Shown in pieces: positions 1 through 11,769 of a DNA stretch of 58,579 bases. The stretch's first letter is position 1. The number at the start of each line of letters is the position of its first letter. The notes below the pieces were generated by a model, which was not told where the DNA came from, did no database searches, and was given only the letters and a program-made list of their open reading frames with translations. The stretch is from assembly GCF_000485595.1 (NCBI RefSeq), contig NW_014577062.1, positions 1,223,965 to 1,282,543 on the forward strand, written 5' to 3'. The translations under genes were made by a program, and so were the position numbers. The stretch comes from Priapulus caudatus (Eukaryota).

Positions 1-47
<47 letters not shown>

Positions 48-285
48 GTGTGTGTGTGCGCGCTTTGTATAGATTACTTATATAGATACTAATTAGAAAT
101 TTCTCGCCGTTCAGTCGCCGTTAGACCTTGTTTGTGATCTAAACCCTACCCTCCCACCTCGCTGGTACCTTAAGCAGGGTAATATCAAGAAGTTTATGTT
201 TTTATTACCTACCTTTGTTAGCTTAATATCATGGCATTTCACTGGGTAATGATTCTATCAGGTCCACACTTGATCATCGCCTTAC

Positions 286-506
286 CTTAATAAGGCCGAC
301 ATTGGGGAATTTCTCGAACTCGAGTACGGCCTCCTCGCCCGGCTGACCGGCCTTCTGTCCCTTCAGGATGCGTGCGGCCGTCACCGTGGACATGCCCATG
401 CCGTCACCCATGAACAGTACTGTGTTTCTCGCCACGTTCTCGTTATTCCGGTAGGCGAGCGTCTCGCGTAACGCTTCCCGGGCGTTGGCGAACCAGAATT
501 CCTTGT
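286..506 (-). CDS. ALPL: Alkaline phosphatase, second coding exon (gene continues beyond left edge)
   Basis: Translation (D)KEFWFANAREALRETLAYRNNENVARNTVLFMGDGMGMSTVTAARILKGQKAGQPGEEAVLEFEKFPNVGLIK matches the metazoan alkaline phosphatase N-terminus, including the metal-ligand GDGMG motif. Bounded by acceptor ttcttttgttcggcag (AG at 508-507) and donor AAG|gtaag (GT at 285-284). 221 bp, phase 1 in, phase 0 out. The symbol marks family membership, not proven orthology. Confidence 0.95.
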
Positions 507-1629
507 CTGCCGAACAAAAGAAATGAGAAGTTCGTATATAAATTATACAGCGCAGTTTGTTAGTTGATGCTGCGGATTGGAATCGCGGGGGTGGGGTGGG
601 GTGGGTGGGGGTGTTGATGGATGATGGCAACGCAGCGGTGTGCGCGCGGGGGTCTGCTCAACTCCTAACTGATACGACGATAAAATAAACCACAAAATTA
701 AATCAACAATTACGTGAAAATATACACGTGAATGTGCGAGAGATAATCCTGCGCGCCTACGGACAGATTCACAAAGATTCTCGCACGTGCACGCTTCGTG
801 TCTGCAGGCGCACACCCGCGAGTGCGAGTCTGTGAGAGACGTATAGGAACAAAACAAATGTGTATCGCACTCTTGTTCATAGTGCAGCCTAGAACAGGTG
901 CGTTAGTGTGGTTAGTAACAACTACGATTTTGTTCTAAGATGGACTGATGCTCCAGGATTAGTGAGTCGGTTCGGGACAAGCACGAGCTCAAAGATAAGC
1001 CATTCCATGTTAATCGTGTGTGTTTCAATCGTAGATTCTCCATAAGTCATACCCTCGGATTTTTTCAACGTATTGCTTTTTAAACAGAAAATTGAAAAAT
1101 AATGCGTTACTATTATCACGTTTAGAGTAGCCACAGAGGAACGTAGCCGCACAAGAGACGCTAAAAATGCGGCGCAAATCTCAAATATAATTGGCAGTTA
1201 CAATTGCAAACTATATAAAACCCCTCGTGAGAATAGCCTAGCATGCATGTGTTTGATCGGGAAAAAACAGGAAAAACATTACGAAATTACGTTTCAAGAA
1301 ATTCGCGAAAATACTCTACGTTGAAACAAAGAAAGACGTAATACTGTTAAACAAAATCATATGAATTAAAAGTGTTAAACAGACACCAATCGTTCGACGT
1401 AAATCACAAATAATTGATTTTTAATTGTTTATTGATTAATACAGCGCGCCTTTACGCGGCTTGCAAATCATTACGGCATAAGATCTGCCTGTGTAATTTT
1501 TGACAATTAATTATGTCTATGCGATGACACGATGCTCACGTTTGGGACCCGACTAGCAATGCCTATCTAAGTTGAATTTATCTAAGAGATGTTAACATGC
1601 GAAACTGCTATAGCGTTCACGTGCTTGCT

Positions 1630-1722
1630 CACACGCAAAGTTACAACTCACACGCAAAGTTACAACTCACACGCAAAGTTACAACTCACACGCAAAGTTA
1701 CAACTCACACGCAAAGTTACAA
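1630..1722. repeat. 19-bp minisatellite in ALP intron
   Basis: About 5 perfect copies of cacacgcaaagttacaact. Confidence 0.9.
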
Positions 1723-2209
1723 CATTGTATCGGCAGAACAATTTACTTTCACAGTGCTCACTACATAACAATGATATTCCGAGTACCACAAAACTAACCA
1801 GAACTAGTAATTACTTACCCTTGGGATACAAGGATCCTTGCGTCTTCAGAAGAGCGAAAACATGATATTCATGCCCATTATTATACTCAAATGCACACAA
1901 GTTAATATATGTTGGATTACGCGCGTGTTAATTGCATTAATACGCGGCATAACAAGCTTGTTATTATTAACGAATCCACTAATTGCCCTTGAAGATGAAT
2001 TTTGCCGAACGGGAAAGATTTAAATCCGCAAGAACGAGCAGGCGGAAATTATCACGCGTAACAATATAACTAAGCAAACGTTTCACGCTCAGAAACAACA
2101 CCGACCGCACAAAGTCCGCATTGTACGTAACATGTTTTAATAATAATAATAATAATAACGTAGAATAATAACAGGGTACATGTTCGCGCTCGGCAAGCAT
2201 GTAAGGTAC

Positions 2210-2294
2210 CTTCAAGCTTCCGCACTGGCAGCGCCGTGCACAGACAGAACAGCGAGATCGCCTGCGCGGCGATCGTGTACGTGATGACCATCAT
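2210..2294 (-). CDS. ALPL: Alkaline phosphatase, first coding exon (signal peptide)
   Basis: ATG at 2294 gives MMVITYTIAAQAISLFCLCTALPVRKLE plus one base G, then donor gtacct. The 85 bp phase-1 exon joins 506 to make GAC (D) in frame, giving ...LE-D-KEFWF, the usual signal peptide to mature ALP junction. Confidence 0.8.
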
Positions 2295-2708
2295 CTCCGT
2301 CGTTCGCAGCCACGCTAATCCGATGCGGGATGTTCTGATAATCAGGTGTTTAGTGGAGAATTCCCTCGACCGATCTGTTCTGTCCGCGTGCCGTATCGCA
2401 CAAGAGTGGATGCGGAATCTCGCGTGGAGATCTTGTTTCGATCACAGCCGTAAGCAGCAGGTTAACACCGCCATGCGCTCACTGCTCACTGTCGCGAACA
2501 GCTGCCATGAATGCAATCATTGAGCAACTATCCTGTCTTTATGAACGGAGATATATATATATATATATCGCTAAGGCTGCAATGCACGAAGAACATGTGA
2601 AGCAGTAATCAAAAGTAGGAGGATGATGATGATTCTGAGACGATAATTGTTGACATAGAATAATGTAACATTATATTGTTGCCTTTTGCTTTCTGTTTTT
2701 AAGTCAGT

Positions 2709-2850
2709 TTGTCTGTCTCTCCGTCCGTGCGTCTGTCTGTCCGTTTGTCCGTGCGTGCGTGCGTGCGTGCGTCCGTGCGTGCGTGCGTGCGTGCGTGCGT
2801 CCGTCTGTGCGTCCGTCCGTCCGATTCCGTCTGTCTGTCTCTCTCTCTCC
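2709..2850. repeat. (GTCC/GTGC/GTCT)n microsatellite
   Basis: Tetranucleotide runs visible directly; source of several spurious ORFs. Confidence 0.85.
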
Positions 2851-4871
2851 ACGGATCGCACGGCAGAGCAGTGGGCGGGTGCCTACATGCCCCCAATCAT
2901 CTGAGATAGCTGCTCAGTGCGTGTTAGTTAAAGCAGTCGACCGTATATACGGAGGACAAATTTTATTGCTTAGTAGAACTTCAGATGGCTAATTATACAG
3001 AATCCTGACTTGCTTGCTCGCAGACTATAGACAGCTTCTGATTTCTATCTCTGGCCGGGTGTGCATCCAGGTTAGTATTTGCACGTATTCCCGAAAAACT
3101 TCCGCCTGTGATTTCCATTTTTACTTGGCTCTCGCAACCGCATTTTATGTTCTTTAATACAATTCTTTAGCGAAACTTTCGCGAACTGGTCCACCAGCGA
3201 ACGGCTAGATTCGTTCAGTAAGAAATACAGTTACGCAAGTGCGTTTGGTTGTTTAGGCGAACGGATTTTGTATACTAAATATAATCAATCATTTTGCGGT
3301 TTTTGTGTGAATTCTTCCCGTTGAGCAGACAGCCTGAACAGTCTCACTAGCACTAAGATAATAATTTCGCCAATGTAAACGAGAGAAATCTGTGTCTTCC
3401 GATTAACTTAAATGCATAATGTCTATGATTAAAGCGTGGTATAAGTGGTGTAAAGGAAACCCACGAAAATAGATAGTATTTTTGCATTCTTTAGCATAGT
3501 ATCGCTTAGTAAGATTATAAGTATCCATTTCCATAAATAGTGGACTCCACGCTAGTGTACACTACTAGCTCTACGCTACGCTAGTTGTAATACCGCAGAA
3601 ATACATAGTAATAAATATACACTATTATGCTATTATTCTATTGTGGGGTACATGCCCAGCTGTGTAAAGTCGTGACCATGGACTAGCCAGTAGTAGAGGC
3701 AACCAATTGCAGGCAGTCGCGTATAGCGGATTGACGATAAACAATAGATAGGCGGGTCTCCAGTTCAGGTATATAATCTCTTGTTTGACAAGAGAGAAGG
3801 ACAGACAGAGAGCTCGAGAAAAAACCAGCCGAATGTTGCCCCCGAGAGATGGCGCTGCTATCGCCAGTAGCATTTCGCGAGCGGCAGCAGCTGGCTGCGG
3901 ACGAAGTTCAACAGCGCTACTCTACACGCGTCTCTGGTAACGAGCCAGCGCCGAAGTGGCCGCAAACAACGGCGAGAGGAACGTCAATGTTTTGTAACGT
4001 TGATCGCTACCGCTCGAGCCGCCCTGGCAGCCTCGGAATTACACAATACCTTAGCTCGCGAGCTGACATAGCAGGAGTACCCGGAACGAGGCGGTAGCGT
4101 GTCGATGACAGCATGCACGCGTACGTACGCCGAAATACGTCAAACATTCGGCAGCTGTGGTCTATATCTGTAAACTGGCAAGTTGAGAGTTGAGATTGAG
4201 CTCGGCGATGATCGCGCCAGCATCGGCGGCTACATCGTGCGTCGGTCGTAACTGGTCGTGCCACGCTCGCCGCGGCTAGAAGGTGGACATATGGTCCGAC
4301 TGGTCATGTTTTAGCCAAATGGGTCGTTTCGTGGAGCGGGTGGGGGCGTAGTGAAAAATGACATACCTAAAGATGACTATGATTACGAGCGTTCTTAGAT
4401 GTATGACCTCGCGGGTTTAACAGGTTCGTGCATCGGTATGACTTCATTTTAGCAAGCTCTGCGAATTAACCCACCATCCTTTGTGATCGCATTCAGTACT
4501 GTGCTTTATTCACTCTATACCCAGTGAATGTCCAGAGGCTCAGCTCGTGTGATGATGCCGTGCACCTTGACAAAAAATTCGGCATCTCAAGGACGGCTAT
4601 AAGTTTCATTAAACATCTGATTATTAGTATTGAAACAAGAACATTATTTGTTTTGACGTGCTTCTCGAAAAAAAGTGGATAAGAGGGGAAATGGATTCAA
4701 GGAGAGAGACAGCGGGGGCGATATCGTAGTTCATATAAAAAGTTGTTGACACTGCGCAAAAAATAGTAGCAGCGAAGCGTCGATAGCGACATATTCCTGA
4801 CATATTTACAATGGATAATTCGAAGGTGACCTCTCTACATAACACGTAGAGCAAATACGTACGTCTTCTAC

Positions 4872-7665
4872 GGATTCTAGGACAACTACCCCCTGGACAA
4901 TTACCCACCGGACAATTACCTCCCGGACAATTACCCACCAGGACAATTACCCTACCGGACGATTACCCACCCGGACAATTACCCACCAGGACAATTACCC
5001 ACCAGGACAATTACCCACCAGGACAATTACTCTCCGGACAATTACCCCCAGACAATTACCCACCAGGACAATTGGTTGTCTTCCAATTTCGCCAGTTTCC
5101 CATTTCGCCATTTTCCCACTTCGCCATTTTCCCATTTCGCCATTTTCCCATTTTGCCATTTTGCCATTTCGCCATTTTCCCACTTCGCCATATTTTATGT
5201 TGCTTCCACCCCCTGCACGAAATTGATCCTTCCATTCTTAAAAAAGAGTCATTTTTAGGGTTAGGGTTAGGGTTAGGGTTAGGGTGCCTGTACATGATCC
5301 ATATGTTTTGATATGTACGATTTCGCCTTCTTGTTCTTCAAATAAATAGTTTACTCCATATCTGAAGATTCGTTATAATTTATTCATTACAGAGGCCTAC
5401 TTTTAACCCACCTCGAACAAGGGGGTGGTCGGGGAGATAGGACGAAATGGCGGAATGGGAAACTGGCGAAACGGGTAACTCGCGAAATGGGAAACTGGCG
5501 AAGTGGGAAACTGGCGAAATGGGAAAATGGCGAAGTGGGAAATGGCGAAACGGGAAATCGCGAAATGTCAAATGGCGAAGTGGGAATTTTTAATGGCGAA
5601 ATGGCAAATGGCGAAGTGGGAAAATGGCGAAATGGGAAACTGGTGAAATGGGAAATGGCGAAATGGCAAATGGCGAAGTGGGAAAATGGCGAAATGGGAA
5701 TAAACCATGAGGACAATTACCAACCTAACCTTCCAATAAAGGGAAAAATTCCCCCTTCCGTAAAATGTTGTCCGCTGCAATACATAATGTATGTCTGGAA
5801 AAGAGAGAAATGCCTACCACATGTGTTGTGTTCAGAGAACAGCGGCGTCGATAATTGGGACGGGGAGGAGTCGCCCCTACTCCTCCTATAATGACGAAAA
5901 TGCTGTATCCCCAAATGATCTTGCTCTTGGCCATGTACGTTATGTTATGTAACTGTTTGTGCGTGTGTGCGTATATGTGGCTGGCTGTGTGCGTGTGTGC
6001 GTTTCTGTGTGTGTGCGTCTGTGTGTGTGTACGTGAGTGAATATACTGATTTACAAGAATTTAATACAAGTGTTAATACTTGTGTGAAGTGCGGGGGGGT
6101 GGGCATGCCTCCCGAAAATCTTTTTTATTTTGATGCAAAATGGTGCAATTTGACGCATTAATTCTAAGGTCATCTATCTGAATTTTTTTCTAGCTTATAA
6201 TTTAGTAGGATTGATAATATTTATCAGCAATTTGACCACATAGCAAATACATCACTAGTTTACTGCAACAGATATACGTACTTAATTGTCAATTTTCACA
6301 GCGTGATATATAAAATTGCTTTTAAAGGTCATGTAATCTGCCACTGTGGAAGTACTGTATATTTGCATATGTACATCCCTTCTTCACTTATGAATAGTTA
6401 TAACAATAATTTCGACAGTGCGGTCAAAAATGAAACAATGGTCATTCTGAATGCTTGTGTAATGAATAGAATTGTGAATAAAGTTTCAAAATCATAACTG
6501 AATTGTCTAATATGAGGTTTTAAACCATTGTTTTCACATTGCATCTCTGAATTTATACAAGATTTTTAGTTTTTATGTGATACAGGTAGTGATAATATAC
6601 ATTATGAAAACACATAATTTTTCCATTATATCGCAATATATACATCTAATGATGTATTCAATAAATTCCGAATTTTAACAACCGCTCGAAGGGAGCAGAC
6701 TGCAATTTCAGGCAATCGATAAATCGAACGCCTATGGTAGGATACGCGAGCGTGAGGATGCACAGATGGACTCAGCATGCGAGCGATTAGGCGCGGGGAG
6801 CGACGCTCGCGCGAGTATCGCCAGCACTGTCGCGTAGGCAAAGTATTACTTAATGTACGGAAAGGTAATTAAGTGGGTGTCGCGTCGCTGCTGTTTCTTG
6901 ATTTACGCGAGTTTGCATTACGCGAATTTGCAATGGCGCGTATCACCTTAATAACAATAAATTTATTTGAAGAATAACAAGAACAACACTACAAGCATAA
7001 CGCGACGCGGCTACTGCCAGGCGCGTGGCGAGCGCGTAAAATAAATGTGATTACGGTTATTCATTGTATTAAGTGACCCAGAAAATGTCTATTCATGTAC
7101 GTGTGCATTGGTGGCTGCGCTTCGCTCCCGCTGCTGATGCGCAGGTGAAGGCACTTGCCGATATGAACTTCAATATCGGGTATCGAAAAATGTCGCAATT
7201 AAGTCAAAATATCGGCAGTATCAGCGAATGTTGAAGTTGAAATTATGAAATCATACAACATTCAACGTAATTGACCTAATACCCCTCCTAATAATCCACC
7301 TGGGGTAATAATTTACCTGGGGGTGGGTAATTGTCCTGGTGGGTAATTGTCCGGGTGGGTAATTGTCTGGGGGGTAGTTGTCCTAGTGGGTAATTGTCCT
7401 GGTGGGTAATTGTCCTGGTGGGTAATTGTCCGGGTGGGTAATTGTCCTGGTGGGTAATTGTCCTGGTGGGTAATCGTCCTGGTGGGTAATCGTCCTGGTG
7501 GGTAATTGTCCTGGTGGGTAATTGTCCTGGTGGGTAATCGTCCTGGTGGGTAATCGTCCTGGTGGGTAATCGTCCGGGTGGGTAATTGTCCTGGTGGGTA
7601 ATGGTCTCGGGGGGGGGGGTAATTGTCCGGTGGGTAATTGTCCAGTGGGTAGTTGTCCGGATACG
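4872..7665. mobile_element. Non-autonomous foldback-type DNA transposon with modular terminal inverted arms
   Basis: Left arm 4880-5073 is tandem GGACAATTACCCACC(A) units and right arm about 7321-7660 is the reverse-complement units. Termini ggattctaggacaactaccc and gggtagttgtccggatacg. Flanks cttctac (4865-4871) and cttctgc (7666-7672) look like a target duplication with one mismatch. No transposase ORF. Confidence 0.75.
5074..5706 (+). mobile_element. Foldback element with internal (TTAGGG)5, copy A, nested in the arm of the 4872-7665 element
   Basis: Arms of CATTTCGCCATTTTCC-type units (5085-5190) and their inverse (5445-5700). The core carries TTAGGG x5 at 5255-5284 and is nearly identical, inverted, to 36800-37095. 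Outer-element units resume at 5710. Confidence 0.85.
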
Positions 7666-7813
7666 CTTCTGCGTTCAGCAACGTGAAAACGTGCCAAGAG
7701 CATGCTCTATGTTGGCGCAGGAAACTGCCAATTAAATATCATCTCCCCTCCCACTCACAATCTCCTATCCATACATCCACCCATCCACTCTTCCATTTTC
7801 CAGTCTTAATGTT

Positions 7814-8124
7814 CGTCCGTCGGCCCGTCCGTCCGTAGGTCCGCCCGTCCGTCCGCCCGTCCGTACGTCCGCTTGTCCGCGCGTCCGTCCGTCCGTCCGT
7901 CGGCCCGTTCGTCCGTCCGTACGTCCGTTCGTCCGCCCGCCCGTTCGTCCGTCCGTCCGACGGCCCGTCCGTCCGTCCGTACGTCCGTTCGTCCGCCCGC
8001 CCGTCCGTCCGTCCGCCCGCCGGCCCGTCCGTCCGTCCGTACGTCCGTTCGTCCGCCCGCCCGTCCGTCCGTCCGCCCGCCGGCCCGTCCGTCCGTCCGT
8101 ACGTCCGTTCGTCCGCCCGCCCGT
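7814..8124. repeat. (GTCC/GCCC)-based array with about 60-bp higher-order period, ending at a gap
   Basis: acgtccgttcgtccgcccgcccg recurs at 7921, 7981, 8041 and 8101. Confidence 0.85.
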
Positions 8125-8139
8125 NNNNNNNNNNNNNNN

Positions 8140-8240
8140 TGGTACTAATGGTGACTGTTGCATGGTACTAATGGTGACTGCTCCGTGGTACTAATGGTGA
8201 CTGCTCCGTGGTACTAATGCAGATTACTCAATGGTACTGA
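8140..8240. repeat. 23-bp minisatellite (tggtactaatggtgactgctccg), part 1
   Basis: Same unit as 9620-9934; directly follows an N gap. Confidence 0.85.
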
Positions 8241-9277
8241 TGCCAGTGGCTGATTCATGGCTCTCACAGCTTCACGAGTCTTTCAGAGACACGCGGACAG
8301 ACTTGCCGAAGCCTAATGATGGCTAATGCAGCCGCAGCAGTTGAGTGCGGCATTGTAACGCAACAGCGAGGCCGGAGCCGCTGTTGCTATGCTAGGTCAC
8401 GCAGCCGCCGTACGGCTCTCCTCATCTCTTTATATCAACCTGTCCGTGGTTATTGCACGGAGACGACAGGAGTTCTGTCAGAGGCTGCTACTGCTGCTGC
8501 TGCTGCCGCCGGTGCCGGTGCTAGCTGCTGCAGCCATCAATCTGCACGTGCATTGTTGCAGTAGCGTGTCAGCGGCAGCCACCCTAGATTGTCGCCGAAG
8601 ATGTGATTCGGCTTATAGCTAAATACATACACACTGTTGTGACGTGGATGTTGCGTGTAAATCTACGAGCATTGCCGCGACGGTAATTTTTCAGGTAAGT
8701 CTGTATATGTTTCTGTGAGTAGCAGATGGATCAACAGGGAAATTTATATGTGGAGTTGTTGTGGCCTAGGCGCGGCAAATTCGTCTGCCTCGATTGTATG
8801 AAAGTAGAGATGTAAGCAAGTATACACACAATGCAGAGAAAGTAAACAAATTTGCATACGCTGTATAAACGAAAATGTAAAAATAACTAGCATCGTTGTG
8901 ATATAGATCCTTAAATAAACGTCACCCGCCCTTCTACATACGGTATTGTGACAATGCGGTGCTGTGACAATGCGGTGACAATACGGTGCTGTGACAATAT
9001 AGGTAAATCTACACACGTTGTTTTGATATTAACATGCAGATAAATCTATATCCATTATCATGGCATAGACGTACAGGTAAGTATACATATGGTGTTATAA
9101 CGTAGACGTGCACGTACACCTGTATACATTGTTATAATATAGAAGGGCAGGTACACCTACCCATGCTGTTTTAATCCAGACGTCTAGGTACATACGTATA
9201 TATTGTCATGGACAGGTAGATTTACCTACGTGGTTGTAATATAGACGTGTAGGTGCATTCTTATACATTATTGTGAA

Positions 9278-9325
<48 letters not shown>

Positions 9326-9619
9326 AATTGTAGTATATTTTACGCTATATATCTCGTCCGAAAAGGAATACCCGCTTTATATATTTTACCTTAAAGACTT
9401 ACCACGCTGTCAAATTCATAAACATAACGAAAAACGGGAGAATAGACAAATGGCAGATTAAAAGATACTACGGAGAAAGATATAACTACCTGCTTATGTC
9501 AGGCTATTCATGGTAGACTCCGTGTGAAGCTCACACTGTACCAGCAAGGTTATTATTCTGACAGTAATAGATGTGTCGTGTAAGCACGGCGTAATAGAAG
9601 ACAATCCTAATACTAATTG

Positions 9620-9934
9620 CTTCGTGGTACTGATACTGATTGCTTCATTATACTGATACTGATTGCTTCGTGGTACTGATGCTAATTGCTCCGTGGTACT
9701 GATGTTAATTGCTCCGTGGTACTGATGTTAATTGCTCTATGGTATTGATGGTGACTGTTCCATAGTATTGATGGTAACTGTTCCATGGTATTGATGCTGA
9801 CTGTTCCATGGTATTGATGCTAACTGTTCTATGGTATTGATGCTGACTGTTGCATGGTACTAATGGTGACTGCTCCGTGGTACTAATGGTGACTGCTCCG
9901 TGGTACTAATGGTGACTGCTCCGTGGTACTAATG
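9620..9934. repeat. 23-bp minisatellite, part 2
   Basis: About 13 units of tggta(c/t)t(a/g)atg..gactg.tcc. running into an N gap. Confidence 0.9.
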
Positions 9935-10247
9935 NNNNNNNNNNNNNNNNNNNNNNNNNNNNNNNNNNNNNNNNNNNNNNNNNNNNNNNNNNNNNNNNNN
10001 NNNNNNNNNNNNNNNNNNNNNNNNNNNNNNNNNNNNNNNNNNNNNNNNNNNNNNNNNNNNNNNNNNNNNNNNNNNNNNNNNNNNNNNNNNNNNNNNNNNN
10101 NNNNNNNNNNNNNNNNNNNNNNNNNNNNNNNNNNNNNNNNNNNNNNNNNNNNNNNNNNNNNNNNNNNNNNNNNNNNNNNNNNNNNNNNNNNNNNCCTACG
10201 TGGTTGTAATATAGACGTGTAGGTGCATTCTTATACATTATTGTGAA

Positions 10248-10298
<51 letters not shown>

Positions 10299-11539
10299 AA
10301 TCTACCTACGCTGTGGGATATAGACATGTAGGTAAATCTGTATACATTATTATGGCATAAATATATGGGCAAATCTATATACATTATTATGATGTAATTA
10401 TATTGACAAATCTTTAACACATTGCTTTGGCGTAGAATTATTGATAAATCTAAAAACAGTGTTGTGACGTAGTATTATAGGTAAATCTACACGTATAGTT
10501 GTGACGGTATAATGCATGGCTATATCCATATATGTTGTTATGACGTGGGTGTACATGCAAGTTTACACACATTCCTAAAACGTGGACGAGTGGTTTAGAC
10601 TGCATAGAATTTTCTACTGTAGCTGTATCGCTGCAGTTTTCGCCAATAATTCCTTTTACAGACGCGCTAGCGCGCGTATACGCTGTCCTTTAGCATTCAC
10701 GGCCGTATCCGATTACTCGTAGAAATTCACCCTATTTCGTAGCAACGTCGCCTCCCGACACGATTCACATCACGCGAAGCGGCGATTATAACCGCCACGA
10801 GAAAAGCTCGGCAGCCTTCGTCGTCTAGTGCCGTAGTTAGGCATGCGGCTGTGGCACGGGCAACGATGGCGCTTACACGCGGGTCATTTTGACGTGTGAT
10901 GAGATATGATAGTCTATAGGCTGTACTAGCTAGAGCTTCATCGCTGCAAGCTGCCTTTCGAAAGAGCCTCGACGAGCGATGCAAACACGCGCCGCGCGCG
11001 CAAAATACGACCGTCGTCTGCGACTTGTTGCATACTTTATGAGCGAGCGCTTGAAAGCTTGAACGTAAAAGGCGAATCCGTTCTAGAACATTAGCCGCGC
11101 ATCAATTGTTTAGTGTCAATGAAATGACTCGCCGCCCGAGTGGTCTTTGACATAAAATGCGCGGACTGACGCACTCAATTTTCTATTGCAAATTCGCAGC
11201 AAATCCTGTCACCATCTATAATTTCATCTAAGGAGCTATCCTGGAGGACGTTTTCCCGACGGCGCACGCCTGTCGGCTGCAGATCTCGTATCAGACGGTA
11301 TCAGCATAGAGTGCGCGAATGTGAAGTCAGTATAATAGCATGAGACGAGCACTTCGTATTGATTGCGAGAGGTTGATGTGCCAATAAATCGATGATTTGA
11401 GAAATGAATACGCCACCTAAGCTCTATATTGATCGATGGTTTACGCCCCCACTAATGGGCAAATGGACCTCGGCTGATTCCTCAACAGTGTCGGCGACTG
11501 TTTCTCCACAGATATAGTTATTGGATCGTTAGAATACCG

Positions 11540-11579
11540 CTATTATTATTATTACTATTATTATTATTACTATTACTAT

Positions 11580-11618
<39 letters not shown>

Positions 11619-11709
11619 CACTACCACACCACTACCACTACCACTACCACTACCACTACCACTACCATTTCCATATTTCCTGGGTACGGTTCGGTATACC
11701 GGAACTAGT

Positions 11710-11768
<59 letters not shown>
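11540..11768. repeat. Opposed trinucleotide microsatellites (ATT/ACT/ACC)n and (TAG)n
   Basis: (ACT)n at about 11580-11615 and (TAG)n at 11705-11768, visible directly. Confidence 0.85.

Positions 11769-11769
<1 letters not shown>

Noticed and set aside
507..630. N-terminal part of the 118-aa ORF as ALP coding sequence
   Set aside because: Intronic read-through upstream of the acceptor at 507-508; the real N-terminus is at 2294.
6693..6709. 17-bp match gagcagactgcaatttc shared with about 40122
   Set aside because: It does not extend and is plausible by chance in a window of this size.
7313..7703. Repetitive proteins such as DNYPPGQLPTRTITH and MAKWENGEMG
   Set aside because: Translations of transposon arm subrepeats.
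8685..8700. ttttcag|gtaagt, a recursive-splice-site-like motif on the plus strand
   Set aside because: It belongs to a degenerate local repeat (caggtaagta, taggtaaatc recur nearby) and no plus-strand host gene is supported.
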